Source: Bacteroidales bacterium (GTDB taxonomy: Bacteria; Bacteroidota; Bacteroidia; Bacteroidales; JAHJDW01). From it: DNA of 57,153 bases. The notes below the pieces were generated by a model, which was not told where the DNA came from, did not search any database, and saw only the letters and a list, made by a program, of their open reading frames with translations. Shown here in pieces: positions 10,252 through 19,249 of the stretch. The number at the start of each line of letters is the position of its first letter. Positions within the stretch are counted from its first letter, which is position 1. The translations under genes were made by a program, and so were the position numbers. Where the stretch lies: assembly GCA_029004185.1 (NCBI GenBank), contig JAQUPB010000003.1, positions 1 to 57,153 of the forward strand, written 5' to 3'.

Positions 10252-11745
10252 TTAATAACGAATTACTTTAATTATATTTTCGTTATTTTCTGTTCGTATC
10301 TTTAAAATATAAATTCCTTTTGCCAATCCCATTGCTTCTGCATTTATCGTTATGCTGTGTTTTCCGGCAATCTGATTCGTGCTGTTTTTAATAATCATTT
10401 CTTTTCCCAATACATCCGACAGTTTTATTTCCACTTCCTGATTTTTATTCAATTCATATGTAATCGTTATATTATTATTGAATGGATTTGGAAATGCTGT
10501 TATGTTGAAAATATCTGTTTGTTCTTTTATTGATGTTGTTGTTTGCACCAACTGTCCGTCCGACGACACCGAATCCGAAAGCAGTCCTGCTCCGTTTTCC
10601 GCTTTTATCATTATGTAGTACATCTGACCGTTTATTAAACTCATTCCTGTTTTTGTTACCGACGTATTTGTATCATTGTCTGTCCAGTTTACCACATCTT
10701 TCGCTCCTGCTGTTTTTCCTATTGCATACCAGTATTTAACCACTCCGGAATTTACATCTGTGGATTTATTCCAGTTTGCAGAGAGCTGTGTGGCGCTTGT
10801 TGTAACATTTATATCATTTCCGGTTCCGTCTCTTACAACTGCGACATTTGACGGTGCGGTCCAGTCTATATTAACACTCTTCGATGCAACTGATGACAAA
10901 TTTTCCGCACTATCCATCACTATTGATTTTATCATGCAAGCCGGGCTTCCCGGATTTGAGTTTTGATATCTTGCTGCATTCGTTGATGCCGCTCCTACAG
11001 TTATTGTTGCTGTAGCGCTTCTTGAACGGTATACATATAAATTATCCACAGTATATTTACAATTTCCGGTTCTGAATGATATGTAACTTCCATCTGTAAA
11101 TGGCGAAATGTCTGTCCAGCTGCTCACCAGATTATTGTCCACATATACTTTCATCTCTCCCGTGCTTCTGTCGAATACTATTTTGTATGCGTACATTGTG
11201 CCCGGATTTATTGTCACAGCATCACTTTTCACAGGCGAGCCCAAAACATTATTCACCGACTTGTAAATATCAACCTGACCAAGATCTGCTCTAAACCATA
11301 TCATATATGCGTTTCCCCTGTCGGTTGCTGTTGCATCATCGCACATAATATAAATTCCTGCTCTGCGATTAGTTCCTGCTCCTTCAATATTTCCTGACCA
11401 ACTGTATAAATAACGGCTCGATAAATTTTGTGTAAGTGGTGCCGATATGTTTGTGTTTGCCAATGTTTCGTCTGTTTGTACAAGCGCTCCTGCATCTATT
11501 GCCCATGTACCTGTTGGTGCATTCCAATCGGGATGAATTGAAGTTGTGAAATTATCCCTGTAAAATCCTCTTGCCGGATTTGCCCTCCATTCGGTTCCGT
11601 TGTTATCAACCACATGATACATGCTTTTTGCAATTCCGCTTCCTCCGGTGTTATCAGCATCGGTAAATGTAGCTGTGAAGTTTTTTGTCTGCCATGTTGA
11701 TGGTACGTTGATTGATGTTGTTGGAGCGATGTTATCTATAACTGT
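10252..11745 (-). repeat. copy 3 of the ~1.49-kb direct repeat (slightly more diverged)
   Basis: Same module (DNIAPTTSINVPSTW ... IKVIRY). Confidence 0.8.
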
Positions 11746-13356
11746 GGATGTCCAGCTTGCAGCCCAACCTGCCAATGTCTGCGAACAATCGGAGCGGAAT
11801 TCTATTAATAAAGAACTTCCGCTTGAATTAATGGTTCCGGGAGAAGTGGTGCCTGTGTATGTACCTATGAGAGGTGCACTGGTTGTACTTCCATCATATA
11901 TCAATAAATTGTCGGCATTTGCTTCGAGGTTGAAACTTGTAAAAGTCAATTTTATAGTTCCTGCTGAAGTAGGATTTATAAGCGTTAATGTTCTTTCCTG
12001 ATTAGAATAATTTCCACTTTGTCCGCCACTGTCATAAAAATTTCCTGATGCAGCAGTTACTGTAGTAATTGAAGGATTTGGATTCAATAAATGATAATAA
12101 TGCCTCCATTCCCAGTATATTCCAGGGTCACTGTGTCCTCCGTTGGGAAACTGGTTGTGACCTTTAATTCTGATACATTGATCTACCAAACATGTGGTAT
12201 AAGTTCCGGTACATCCCGGACCGTACCAGCAGGTCAAAGGGTTAATATCATTGTCTTCGCATATATCACGAACCAAAGCCGCGGAAGAAACAAACATGGT
12301 TTCGGTGTACCAGCTTGGCTCAGCAACTTTAGCTTCATGTTCGATTCCGTGTGTATAAGCATTTTCGGTATATACATGTTGCGCTGTATTGCTTTCCAGA
12401 ACCATCTGTGTTGTTTGTCCGTCGGAAGAGCGCATGATGTATTGTGTAGATACACCAGACGCACAATCCTGAAACCAATAAATGCAAGAGCCATATGTGC
12501 CTTCCATGGTATGAATTGCTATTGCAGTAGCAGCCATGGTGCGTCCATAAGTATAATTACATGATGCTGCAGGATTCCATAAGGCAGGAGCGTAATCGGG
12601 GCTTTTTTCGCTTGTAACAACACTGTGCACATTACCGATAAAAGTATCACCGTTTTTGTTTGAAATTTTATCTCCTGCGATTGTTACACGCGAAGAACTA
12701 AGTACATTATAATTTGCCTCTCCGAATATTTTTACAAAATTTATATCGCGTTGAGGCAAATTATATACAGCTTGATTTTGCGGATTGTTAAGAAATGCAA
12801 GTGCCGTATAAATATTTGAGTTCAGTCCGAAATTCTGCCCAAGTGTTACCGATTTATTTTCAGATGGTTTTGAATACATTTCATTCAGTTCAACCATAAC
12901 AGGCATCTGGTCTTCTATTTCTTTGCTAACAATTCCCAATCGTTTTTTTACAACAACATATGCTTTTGCAAAAGCCAAAATATTTATTTCCGGACTATTA
13001 ATAATATCTTCAACCTTATATCCTGAGAGTTCAGAAACTGTAATTAAATTATTTCTATAAACATTTTTACCGTCGAGCGTTAAGCCCATCACGCCATATG
13101 TTTTGGGAATTCCGCAACCGCTCGGTAGTTCCGCATCATTATGTGTTTCGTGAACGAATCTGGTATTGGTAAAAGCAATTGCTTCAAGTATTCCTAAAGG
13201 AATTTCAGGATTTTGCTTGTAAGCTTTGTCAAAGAAAGCTTTGTAGTTAGCATAGTTTGCATAGGTTCTTGCTAATGTGGCATCATTAAAAGTTTGTGCT
13301 AAGATGTGCTGGCAAATAATTGCAAATACAACAACAAAAAGGAAACTTTTTTTCAT
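10252..13356 (-). CDS. T9SS-secreted N-acetylmuramoyl-L-alanine amidase (Amidase_2/PGRP-type) + CUB-like domain + shared LamG-like/FN3-like/CTD module
   Basis: Amidase_2 strings AIAIHTMEGTYGSCIYWFQ, THGIEHEA and IKGHNQFPNGGHSDPG. CUB-like string ADNLLIYDGSTTSAPLIGTYTG. T9SS CTD. Start placed at the internal Met of MKKSFLFVVVFAIICQHILAQ (signal peptide) rather than the ORF-track start at 13521. Confidence 0.85.
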   Translation of the reverse strand: MKKSFLFVVVFAIICQHILAQTFNDATLARTYANYANYKAFFDKAYKQNPEIPLGILEAIAFTNTRFVHETHNDAELPSGCGIPKTYGVMGLTLDGKNVYRNNLITVSELSGYKVEDIINSPEINILAFAKAYVVVKKRLGIVSKEIEDQMPVMVELNEMYSKPSENKSVTLGQNFGLNSNIYTALAFLNNPQNQAVYNLPQRDINFVKIFGEANYNVLSSSRVTIAGDKISNKNGDTFIGNVHSVVTSEKSPDYAPALWNPAASCNYTYGRTMAATAIAIHTMEGTYGSCIYWFQDCASGVSTQYIMRSSDGQTTQMVLESNTAQHVYTENAYTHGIEHEAKVAEPSWYTETMFVSSAALVRDICEDNDINPLTCWYGPGCTGTYTTCLVDQCIRIKGHNQFPNGGHSDPGIYWEWRHYYHLLNPNPSITTVTAASGNFYDSGGQSGNYSNQERTLTLINPTSAGTIKLTFTSFNLEANADNLLIYDGSTTSAPLIGTYTGTTSPGTINSSGSSLLIEFRSDCSQTLAGWAASWTSTVIDNIAPTTSINVPSTWQTKNFTATFTDADNTGGSGIAKSMYHVVDNNGTEWRANPARGFYRDNFTTSIHPDWNAPTGTWAIDAGALVQTDETLANTNISAPLTQNLSSRYLYSWSGNIEGAGTNRRAGIYIMCDDATATDRGNAYMIWFRADLGQVDIYKSVNNVLGSPVKSDAVTINPGTMYAYKIVFDRSTGEMKVYVDNNLVSSWTDISPFTDGSYISFRTGNCKYTVDNLYVYRSRSATATITVGAASTNAARYQNSNPGSPACMIKSIVMDSAENLSSVASKSVNIDWTAPSNVAVVRDGTGNDINVTTSATQLSANWNKSTDVNSGVVKYWYAIGKTAGAKDVVNWTDNDTNTSVTKTGMSLINGQMYYIMIKAENGAGLLSDSVSSDGQLVQTTTSIKEQTDIFNITAFPNPFNNNITITYELNKNQEVEIKLSDVLGKEMIIKNSTNQIAGKHSITINAEAMGLAKGIYILKIRTENNENIIKVIRY

Positions 13357-13549
13357 AGGTTGAAGATTTATAAATTTATAATCGGTTAATTTTTTAAAAT
13401 TATAATTGTATAAAAATAACACTTTATTTTCTAAGGAAACCCATATACCCATATACATTTCTATACATCGGCATAGACATTTTCTTACAATCTTTACTTT
13501 ATTATGTTTATTTGCCGGCAAACAAAAAAAATAATACCGGTTGGGTTTA

Positions 13550-13620
13550 TGTAATAGTCACGAATATTACGGACCAAACATAAAATCTACCCGGCATTAT
13601 ACTAAAACACAGCGAAATAG
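13550..13620 (+). repeat. possible degenerate fifth copy of the island core repeat
   Basis: CACGAATATTACGG ... CCCGGCATTATACTAAAACACAGCGAAATAG compared with the core CACGTGAGTTATTCCGGGAATACTAAAACACCGGAGAAATA. Same orientation, with an apparent ~20-nt insertion. Confidence 0.3.
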
Positions 13621-13979
13621 TTTATATTCAGAAATGGTATAACTTCTCCTGAAGAAATTTTTAAAAATATATTCACCCAATAAATGAAAATAATACGTAT
13701 AAATATGCGGAGGATTTTTACAAGATGTTTTTCCCTTTAAAAAGAAACCTCCGCAAAGTAATAAATTGCAGAGGTTTGACTTTCAAAAATGTTGTCCGAC
13801 CAGAGCAAAAATAATGTCCCAGTGCGTCTCGGTACGGGACTATTTCTCTCCATTGTTCTTCTTTGCAAAACTATGTCCAACGTACATTTGGTCAGAAATA
13901 GTCATACCTATACTTTAATAAACACAAAATATAGTTTTTTATTCAGTAGGGTTTCAGTAACTTTGTAAATTGATTATAT

Positions 13980-14297
13980 ATGGATACTAAAAAAATAATA
14001 GAAATTGAGAATATCGGAAAAGATGAACTCATTATACTTATTGAAGGTGCTATCGAAAAGGCAATAGGCAAAGGTTCTACCAATAATAAGGAAGATAATA
14101 TCATGTCCGACTATATCGCATTGGAAAAATTCCAGAGCTTCTTAGGTTGCAGCAAGCGTACCGTAAATAGGTTACTGCACGATTATAAAGCACTCTCTTA
14201 TGTTTCAATAGGTCGGAAATGTTACCTCCTAAAAGAGGACGTAAAGAAATTTCTCGAAAGCCGCAAAATCAAGTCAAAAGAAAACAATTTAAACTAA
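13980..14297 (+). CDS. excisionase-family / MerR-like helix-turn-helix DNA-binding protein
   Basis: C-terminal HTH string FLGCSKRTVNRLLHDYKALSYVSIGRKCYLLKEDVKKFL. Located immediately upstream of the integrase. Confidence 0.6.
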   Translation: MDTKKIIEIENIGKDELIILIEGAIEKAIGKGSTNNKEDNIMSDYIALEKFQSFLGCSKRTVNRLLHDYKALSYVSIGRKCYLLKEDVKKFLESRKIKSKENNLN

Positions 14298-14309
14298 AGA
14301 TTACACATT

Positions 14310-15539
14310 ATGAATACTGTTAGCATACATTTTGAATTGAGCAGTAAGAAAAACAAGGAAGGATTCTACAATGTTATGCTCCGGTTATCGAGCAATAGAA
14401 AACTCAAAAGAATAGCAACAAAAGTATTCACTCTTGAAAGGGACTTCCAATCCAAGTACGGAAAATGGATTAAATCTACGATCGGTTCAAACTACGAAAA
14501 TAAAAATATTGATTTGACAAGCTGGTTCAAAAAAGCGGCGAATGCTTCTTCTGCATTAGAAAAAAAAGGAATACCCTTAACCTTGGAAAACATTGCCGAT
14601 TATATAAAAGGTAAAGACGATGAAATTAACTTTACCGAATATGCTGAAAAAGTAGCAAAACGCTTCAAGGATTCCGGACAGGTTAGTTCTTATATAAAAT
14701 ACAATAATAATATTGAAAAACTTAAAAAATACGTAGGTAATAAAAACTTAAAGTTTAATGATATCTCAGTAACGTTTTTAATCAACTTCGAAATACATCT
14801 TAAGAAGCTCGGAAACGGAGTATCTACCATTGAAAAGGAATTCAAGATAATCCGGGCTATACTGTATCGTGCAATTCGTGAGGGTTTGTTTGAACAGGAA
14901 CGTAATCCATTTTTCCAGTTTAAATTAAAATCAGAAAAAACAAGCAGGATGAAATTAAATGAAGATGAGATAATGAAAATTGAAAACCTGCAATTAACCG
15001 AGAATACACCTATATGGCATACAAGAAACTATTGGTTATTCAGTTTTTATACCGCCGGAGTTCGTTTTTCCGACCTATGTATGTTAAAGTGGGAAAGCAT
15101 TCGGAACGATAGACTTGTTTACAAAATGAATAAAACAGCTAAAGAAAAGTCAATAAAACTTTTCCCGAAAACAAAAGCCATTCTTGCTTATTATGATAGA
15201 GAAGACAAAAAGAACGAAGATTTTATTTTCCCGATTCTTGACTTGAAATACGATTATTCCGACAAATTTTTCCTGCACCGGCAGATATCATCAAAGGATG
15301 TAATGATAAACAAGAATTTAAAAACGATAGCTACAATGTGTGAAATAAAAACACCTTTGAGTTTTCATATCAGTAGGCATAGCTTCGCATACATAGCCCG
15401 TAAATCCGGGAAGATGGACATTTATCAAATTTCAAAGATGCTCGGACATTCAGACATTAAAGTATCGGAACGGTATTTCGGCGGGTTTGATGAACTAACG
15501 GCAAGCGATGATGCAATGGGAAATGTATTGGGCTACTAA
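14310..15539 (+). CDS. tyrosine site-specific recombinase (phage integrase family, Bacteroidetes type)
   Basis: Catalytic-domain strings GVRFSDLCMLKW (Arg), HISRHSFAY (H-x-x-R) and LGHSDIKVSERY (His, Tyr). N-terminal Arm/SAM-like region. Confidence 0.9.
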   Translation: MNTVSIHFELSSKKNKEGFYNVMLRLSSNRKLKRIATKVFTLERDFQSKYGKWIKSTIGSNYENKNIDLTSWFKKAANASSALEKKGIPLTLENIADYIKGKDDEINFTEYAEKVAKRFKDSGQVSSYIKYNNNIEKLKKYVGNKNLKFNDISVTFLINFEIHLKKLGNGVSTIEKEFKIIRAILYRAIREGLFEQERNPFFQFKLKSEKTSRMKLNEDEIMKIENLQLTENTPIWHTRNYWLFSFYTAGVRFSDLCMLKWESIRNDRLVYKMNKTAKEKSIKLFPKTKAILAYYDREDKKNEDFIFPILDLKYDYSDKFFLHRQISSKDVMINKNLKTIATMCEIKTPLSFHISRHSFAYIARKSGKMDIYQISKMLGHSDIKVSERYFGGFDELTASDDAMGNVLGY

Positions 15540-15568
15540 CACCACCATTCAAAAAATCTCATAAAATT

Positions 15569-15928
15569 TTATTCTTTTTTATTCAATATTAATAGCATTG
15601 AAATAATAATCCAGCAAAGGACTGCAAAGGATATAATAGTATACCAACATAAGATTTGAGTTAACCAAAACTGCCATCCTGACCAGCCGGAAAAAGATTT
15701 GAATAATAAAAATACCGGAGAAATTAGTCCAAAGAAAAAAGCGAATATGCTGATAAAAACATCCCTTAAAATACTTTGCCCTATAATATGTTTAACAACT
15801 GTTTTTCTGTTTTTAATTAAAAATAAAATAACCTTGTATGCAAAAACGACATTACCAAGAAACGCTATAATTATCACAACATCTGTCTTGCTAATATTTT
15901 TTATAAAGTCCATCATAAATAATTTCAT
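15569..15928 (-). CDS. small integral membrane protein, unknown function
   Basis: Three to four hydrophobic helices (VVIIIAFLGNVVFAYKVILFLI, VFISIFAFFFGLISPVFLLF, ISFAVLCWIIISMLLIL). Confidence 0.4.
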   Translation of the reverse strand: MKLFMMDFIKNISKTDVVIIIAFLGNVVFAYKVILFLIKNRKTVVKHIIGQSILRDVFISIFAFFFGLISPVFLLFKSFSGWSGWQFWLTQILCWYTIISFAVLCWIIISMLLILNKKE

Positions 15929-16023
15929 TAACTATTGTAACTCACAAAAGTATAAATATATTTCTCCTTTTGATGTATATCCGGACAACATTTTTTTGAC
16001 ACTTGGCACTGAGCAAATCCTGA

Positions 16024-16461
16024 TTATAATTCTTTATTCCATTTCGGAAGCCTGCCATAGATGTCAAGGTGTTTCTGTAATAGCTTATTTTCAATTATTC
16101 TTGGACAGTCAATATATTTTTCATCATGTGTCACATACCAATAAATGTCTAGCGCTTCAACGTCCTCAATTTTCATTTGCATTGGCCAAGAGTATTTTCT
16201 GGGAACTTTCCCAAATTGATGACCGTTAACGATTCTGTCTTTTATACCACCGAGTCCCGCTTTACGAATAAAAATTGAACCGTCCTTTTTTAATTTTCCG
16301 GAGCAACCGATATAATATAGTTTCACCTTTCCTCTTGTCAACGCATAAACAATATATACACCGCTTTTGTCAGTCGGAGCATTGCAAACATTTTTTAAAT
16401 CGTCTCGCTGTCCAAAGAAGAAATGGTCATGCTGTTTGTATTTTGTTAAGTCGTCTAACAT
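16024..16461 (-). CDS. GIY-YIG nuclease family protein
   Basis: GVYIVY (GIY), LYYIGCSG (YIG), downstream Arg in GIKDRIVNG and Glu in IIENKLL. Confidence 0.75.
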   Translation of the reverse strand: MLDDLTKYKQHDHFFFGQRDDLKNVCNAPTDKSGVYIVYALTRGKVKLYYIGCSGKLKKDGSIFIRKAGLGGIKDRIVNGHQFGKVPRKYSWPMQMKIEDVEALDIYWYVTHDEKYIDCPRIIENKLLQKHLDIYGRLPKWNKEL

Positions 16462-16482
16462 TGATTTCTATGAAATTTGTTT

Positions 16483-17211
16483 TTATAAAGATTCCATTGG
16501 TAATAATTCACAAAACCAAAACCCTTTTGTTTTTACACTCGTCGGGAGAGAGTAAGCAGTGTCTGTTTTTATTTCAAGTGCTTTATAAACTCTTTCGCCC
16601 ACTGTAAAACTGATTTTGTTTTTGAACAAAGGCCCATCATAACAAAATGTGTGATACTCTCCGTTTTCACCGCAAGGGTCAATAATAGCAGGTAATTCTT
16701 CAATAAATGATTTGTCTATTTCCTTTCCTAACCAATCTTCCCCAAGGTATCCGTCATTAGTGCAACATATAACAGTTTTGAATTGCTGACTGATAAAATC
16801 ATTGATGAGAATTTTTGTGTCCATCTTCCATAACGGGAAAATTCCTTTCATTCCTACCTTTGCTAAATTATTCTCACGATATACTTTTAAATCTTCCAAA
16901 AAAATGTCGCCGAAAATTACATTATTAATTCCTTCCGACTTGGCTTTTAACAAAACTGTTTCCATTTGTTTTTCATACTCGTTATTTGTGCCTTCGGTTA
17001 CTCTTACTTTTAAGAGTGGAATTCCGATCGATTCGGCTTGATTGTCCAATAATTCTTCTCTCACTCCATGCATTGAAATTCTTTTGAACTTGTCATTTAT
17101 GGTAGTAAGCAGATATTTTATATCAAATAATTTTTCTGTCAAAACTTTATGTAAACAATAAGAAGAATCTTTTCCCCCGCTCCAACAAAATATAGCTTTA
17201 GGTTCGTTCAT
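16483..17211 (-). CDS. PP-loop ATP pyrophosphatase, Dph6/MJ0570-related (DUF71)
   Basis: N-terminal PP-loop FCWSGGKDSSY and C-terminal CGENGEYHTF motif typical of this family. Confidence 0.8.
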   Translation of the reverse strand: MNEPKAIFCWSGGKDSSYCLHKVLTEKLFDIKYLLTTINDKFKRISMHGVREELLDNQAESIGIPLLKVRVTEGTNNEYEKQMETVLLKAKSEGINNVIFGDIFLEDLKVYRENNLAKVGMKGIFPLWKMDTKILINDFISQQFKTVICCTNDGYLGEDWLGKEIDKSFIEELPAIIDPCGENGEYHTFCYDGPLFKNKISFTVGERVYKALEIKTDTAYSLPTSVKTKGFWFCELLPMESL

Positions 17212-17224
17212 GTATCCCTAACTT

Positions 17225-17419
17225 TTATTTATAACAAAGTAACCCAGAAGCCATAAATTTTTCATTTTTATTATCGCTTCGAGAATCGAATAAAGAATGG
17301 CTTAAACTTATTACCACTATGCTTTTATCATTTTTAAGAAAATAATGTATATCTTCCGATAAAAGTTTTAATGCTTGTTCTGGGACCAAATGGAATCTGT
17401 AAAATTCTTTTACTTTCAT
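17225..17419 (-). CDS. hypothetical small protein
   Basis: 64-aa ORF co-directional with its neighbours and 13 nt from the next gene. No motif recognised. Confidence 0.3.
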   Translation of the reverse strand: MKVKEFYRFHLVPEQALKLLSEDIHYFLKNDKSIVVISLSHSLFDSRSDNKNEKFMASGLLCYK

Positions 17420-17481
17420 GTTTTCAAATTTTTTAGTGATTTAATTTAATAAATAAATCATTATATATGTTGTATGCAGTT

Positions 17482-18378
17482 TTACAAATTATCAGAGTCA
17501 ATAAATTCAAAATTTGCCATTTGAGCTTTGTTCTGAAGGTTAATGTCTCCTGTCACTATAACGATTAAACTACTATGTTTTGATTTTTGAATTTCTAATG
17601 CAGAGGCAATAATTCTATCATCCATATTTTCCGAATCCAACCAATTTAAGGTTTGTGTAAAATTTGGTTCTGAGGCTATCATTTTAACAATAATTGTCTT
17701 GTCAATTGTTACACCTTCTAATAAATCACCTTGTATTCTGAACCCCTTTAATCTTTTAATAACAGATTTCACTTTATTCCTAAATAGCTCGTCTCTATGT
17801 GAAATCTTTAGTTTATCTAATTCACTCAGAACTGTTGGCAATATAACAAAATCAAAGTCATCCATTGATAACAGCTTTCTATATGCTACAGGATCTGGAT
17901 TTTGTATCAGAGAATTTGTATCTGGTATAATTATAGTTTGCTTTTCTTCACTATTTTTCAGAATATTTAAATAATCAGAATATTTTTTTAAATTGTTTTT
18001 GAATATGGTTTTAGTTCCTTCAATCGTTGAATAAGCCTTGCTTTGTTCAATAATATGAATATTCTGTAAATTCACTTTTTCGATTTCTCTTTGAAATTGT
18101 TTATTTGCTTTCGACAATAAAAAATTAAAGTCTTCAATGAATTTCAAGTATATTTCTTTTAATTTTAATTGTCCAACCAAATCTTTCTTACCCCATACAT
18201 AATGGTCGAAACCCAGAAATACAACATTTGAATCTTCTGAATTTGGGTTACTATAATAAATTGTTGAGTTGTTGCACAAATTGTCAACAAGTGGAATTAA
18301 AGAAGAAATTTGATCTTCTAATTTCTCAATATATGTTTTCATTTCTTTGTGCCTTAAAAAATTGTGAATAACGGTCAA
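17482..18378 (-). CDS. PIN-like nuclease domain protein with an N-terminal helical region
   Basis: C-terminal half carries PIN-type acidic residues: IIIPDTNSLI, ILPTVLSELDKL, VIVTGDINLQNKA. An alternative start MKTYIEKLE lies at 18342. Confidence 0.65.
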   Translation of the reverse strand: MTVIHNFLRHKEMKTYIEKLEDQISSLIPLVDNLCNNSTIYYSNPNSEDSNVVFLGFDHYVWGKKDLVGQLKLKEIYLKFIEDFNFLLSKANKQFQREIEKVNLQNIHIIEQSKAYSTIEGTKTIFKNNLKKYSDYLNILKNSEEKQTIIIPDTNSLIQNPDPVAYRKLLSMDDFDFVILPTVLSELDKLKISHRDELFRNKVKSVIKRLKGFRIQGDLLEGVTIDKTIIVKMIASEPNFTQTLNWLDSENMDDRIIASALEIQKSKHSSLIVIVTGDINLQNKAQMANFEFIDSDNL

Positions 18379-18440
18379 GTGACAATATGGAAGGGAGTCC
18401 CATTTGGAAAAGTAAATGAATTCATGATTATTAATTTTTG

Positions 18441-18797
18441 TCAGTATGTACTTTGTCGATTATTACTATTGCCACTACTTAAACCTACAACAGCTACAAT
18501 TACCAATACTATCATTACTAATCCAAATATTATTTGTCCCCAATTTACACGATTCTGCTGCCATAATTGTTCTTGTCTAATTTGCTCTTGCTGCAGTTCA
18601 AAATCATGTTTGATTCGTTTAGTATCATCAGAAAGATTTTCGTGAGCTTCGTTTATTTCCTTAAATTTTTCTTCTGCTTCTTTGTTATTAGGATTCTTGT
18701 CAGGATGAAACTGTAATGCTAATTTTCGATACATCTTTTTTATTTCGTCTTTGGTTGCGGAAAGCTTTACACCTAAGATTTTGTAATAATTTTTCAT
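18441..18797 (-). CDS. J-domain (DnaJ-like) protein with a C-terminal transmembrane anchor
   Basis: YYKILGV...[14 protein letters not shown] with the HPD motif. C-terminal helix [18 protein letters not shown]. Confidence 0.85.
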   Translation of the reverse strand: MKNYYKILGVKLSATKDEIKKMYRKLALQFHPDKNPNNKEAEEKFKEINEAHENLSDDTKRIKHDFELQQEQIRQEQLWQQNRVNWGQIIFGLVMIVLVIVAVVGLSSGNSNNRQSTY

Positions 18798-18826
18798 TTA
18801 AAAATAGTTTTAGTTAAAGTACGTCA

Positions 18827-19249
18827 CTATTCGCTTATAGCAGCAATCAATCCAATAAAGGTAATTAGTCCAAGTCCGAATAATACATTATCAACTTGTT
18901 TGCTTGAGGGTCTACCAGTTTGTATTAATTCTGCAAAATGTTCACAGTTAAAATTAATCAAATCGTATTGTGTTCCTTTAAGTTTGTTTATTCTTGGAAT
19001 AATTTGCCTTCTCACTTCTTCAGTTCCTTTAAATTTTTCAATTCGAATCAAGTTGGAACTGTTTCCCAAAAGGAATTGGAAAAGCGAAACATATTGAACG
19101 CCCTGTCCGCTTTGGTTTTCGGCTACCAAAGGTATTCCATTGTGAATTCCAACATAAATACCGTGATGTTTTGAAAGAATTCCTTTCTGTCTTATTAATC
19201 TATCCCCGAGCTTTAGCCCGTAATAAATTGCTGTGTAGAGTTGATTCAT
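18827..19249 (-). CDS. LRAT/NlpC-P60 family (PLAAT-like) thiol enzyme with a C-terminal transmembrane anchor
   Basis: His box KHHGIYVG, catalytic Cys box NCEHFAE, C-terminal helix LFGLGLITFIGLIAAI. Confidence 0.75.
   Translation of the reverse strand: MNQLYTAIYYGLKLGDRLIRQKGILSKHHGIYVGIHNGIPLVAENQSGQGVQYVSLFQFLLGNSSNLIRIEKFKGTEEVRRQIIPRINKLKGTQYDLINFNCEHFAELIQTGRPSSKQVDNVLFGLGLITFIGLIAAISE

Larger units (their letters stand above)
13980..15539 (+). mobile_element. integration/excision module (excisionase-like HTH + tyrosine integrase) of an integrative element. The element extent is unresolved.
   Basis: Adjacent co-oriented genes sit at the boundary between the T9SS cargo backbone and AT-rich accessory genes. 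Confidence 0.6.

Noticed and set aside
3508-11745. Diversity-generating retroelement or targeted hypervariation in the triplicated module.
   Set aside because: There is no reverse transcriptase or template repeat in the window. The differences among the copies are scattered rather than confined to adenine-specific positions in one patch.
13357-13521. N-terminal 55-aa extension of the amidase ORF (MPANKHNKV...).
   Set aside because: A canonical signal peptide (MKKSFLFVVVFAIICQHILAQ) begins at the internal Met at 13356. The extension is basic and low-complexity and would bury the signal peptide.
13560-13979. Expected tRNA or tmRNA gene as the integration target next to the integrase.
   Set aside because: Reading both strands, I could not fold any cloverleaf or find a GTTCRANNC T-loop. 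Only two overlapping alternative hairpins occur (GCGGAGG/CCTCCGC at 13707-13754 and AAACCTC/GAGGTTT at 13745-13777), which I cannot interpret. A tRNAscan-SE or Infernal run would settle this.
15993-16009. TTTTTGACAC(…)TTGGCAC motif resembling a sigma-54 -24 box. It occurs twice (15993-16009 and 23834-23858), each about 15 nt beyond the stop of a minus-strand gene.
   Set aside because: There is no TTGC -12 element at the right spacing and no plus-strand gene downstream. Two short A/T-flanked matches are weak evidence. They might be insertion-boundary direct repeats flanking 16.0-23.9 kb, but I cannot support that.
15699-16229. 176-aa plus-strand ORF.
   Set aside because: It overlaps the membrane-protein gene and the GIY-YIG gene on the opposite strand. 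Its composition is low-complexity and AT-codon driven, and it has no motif.
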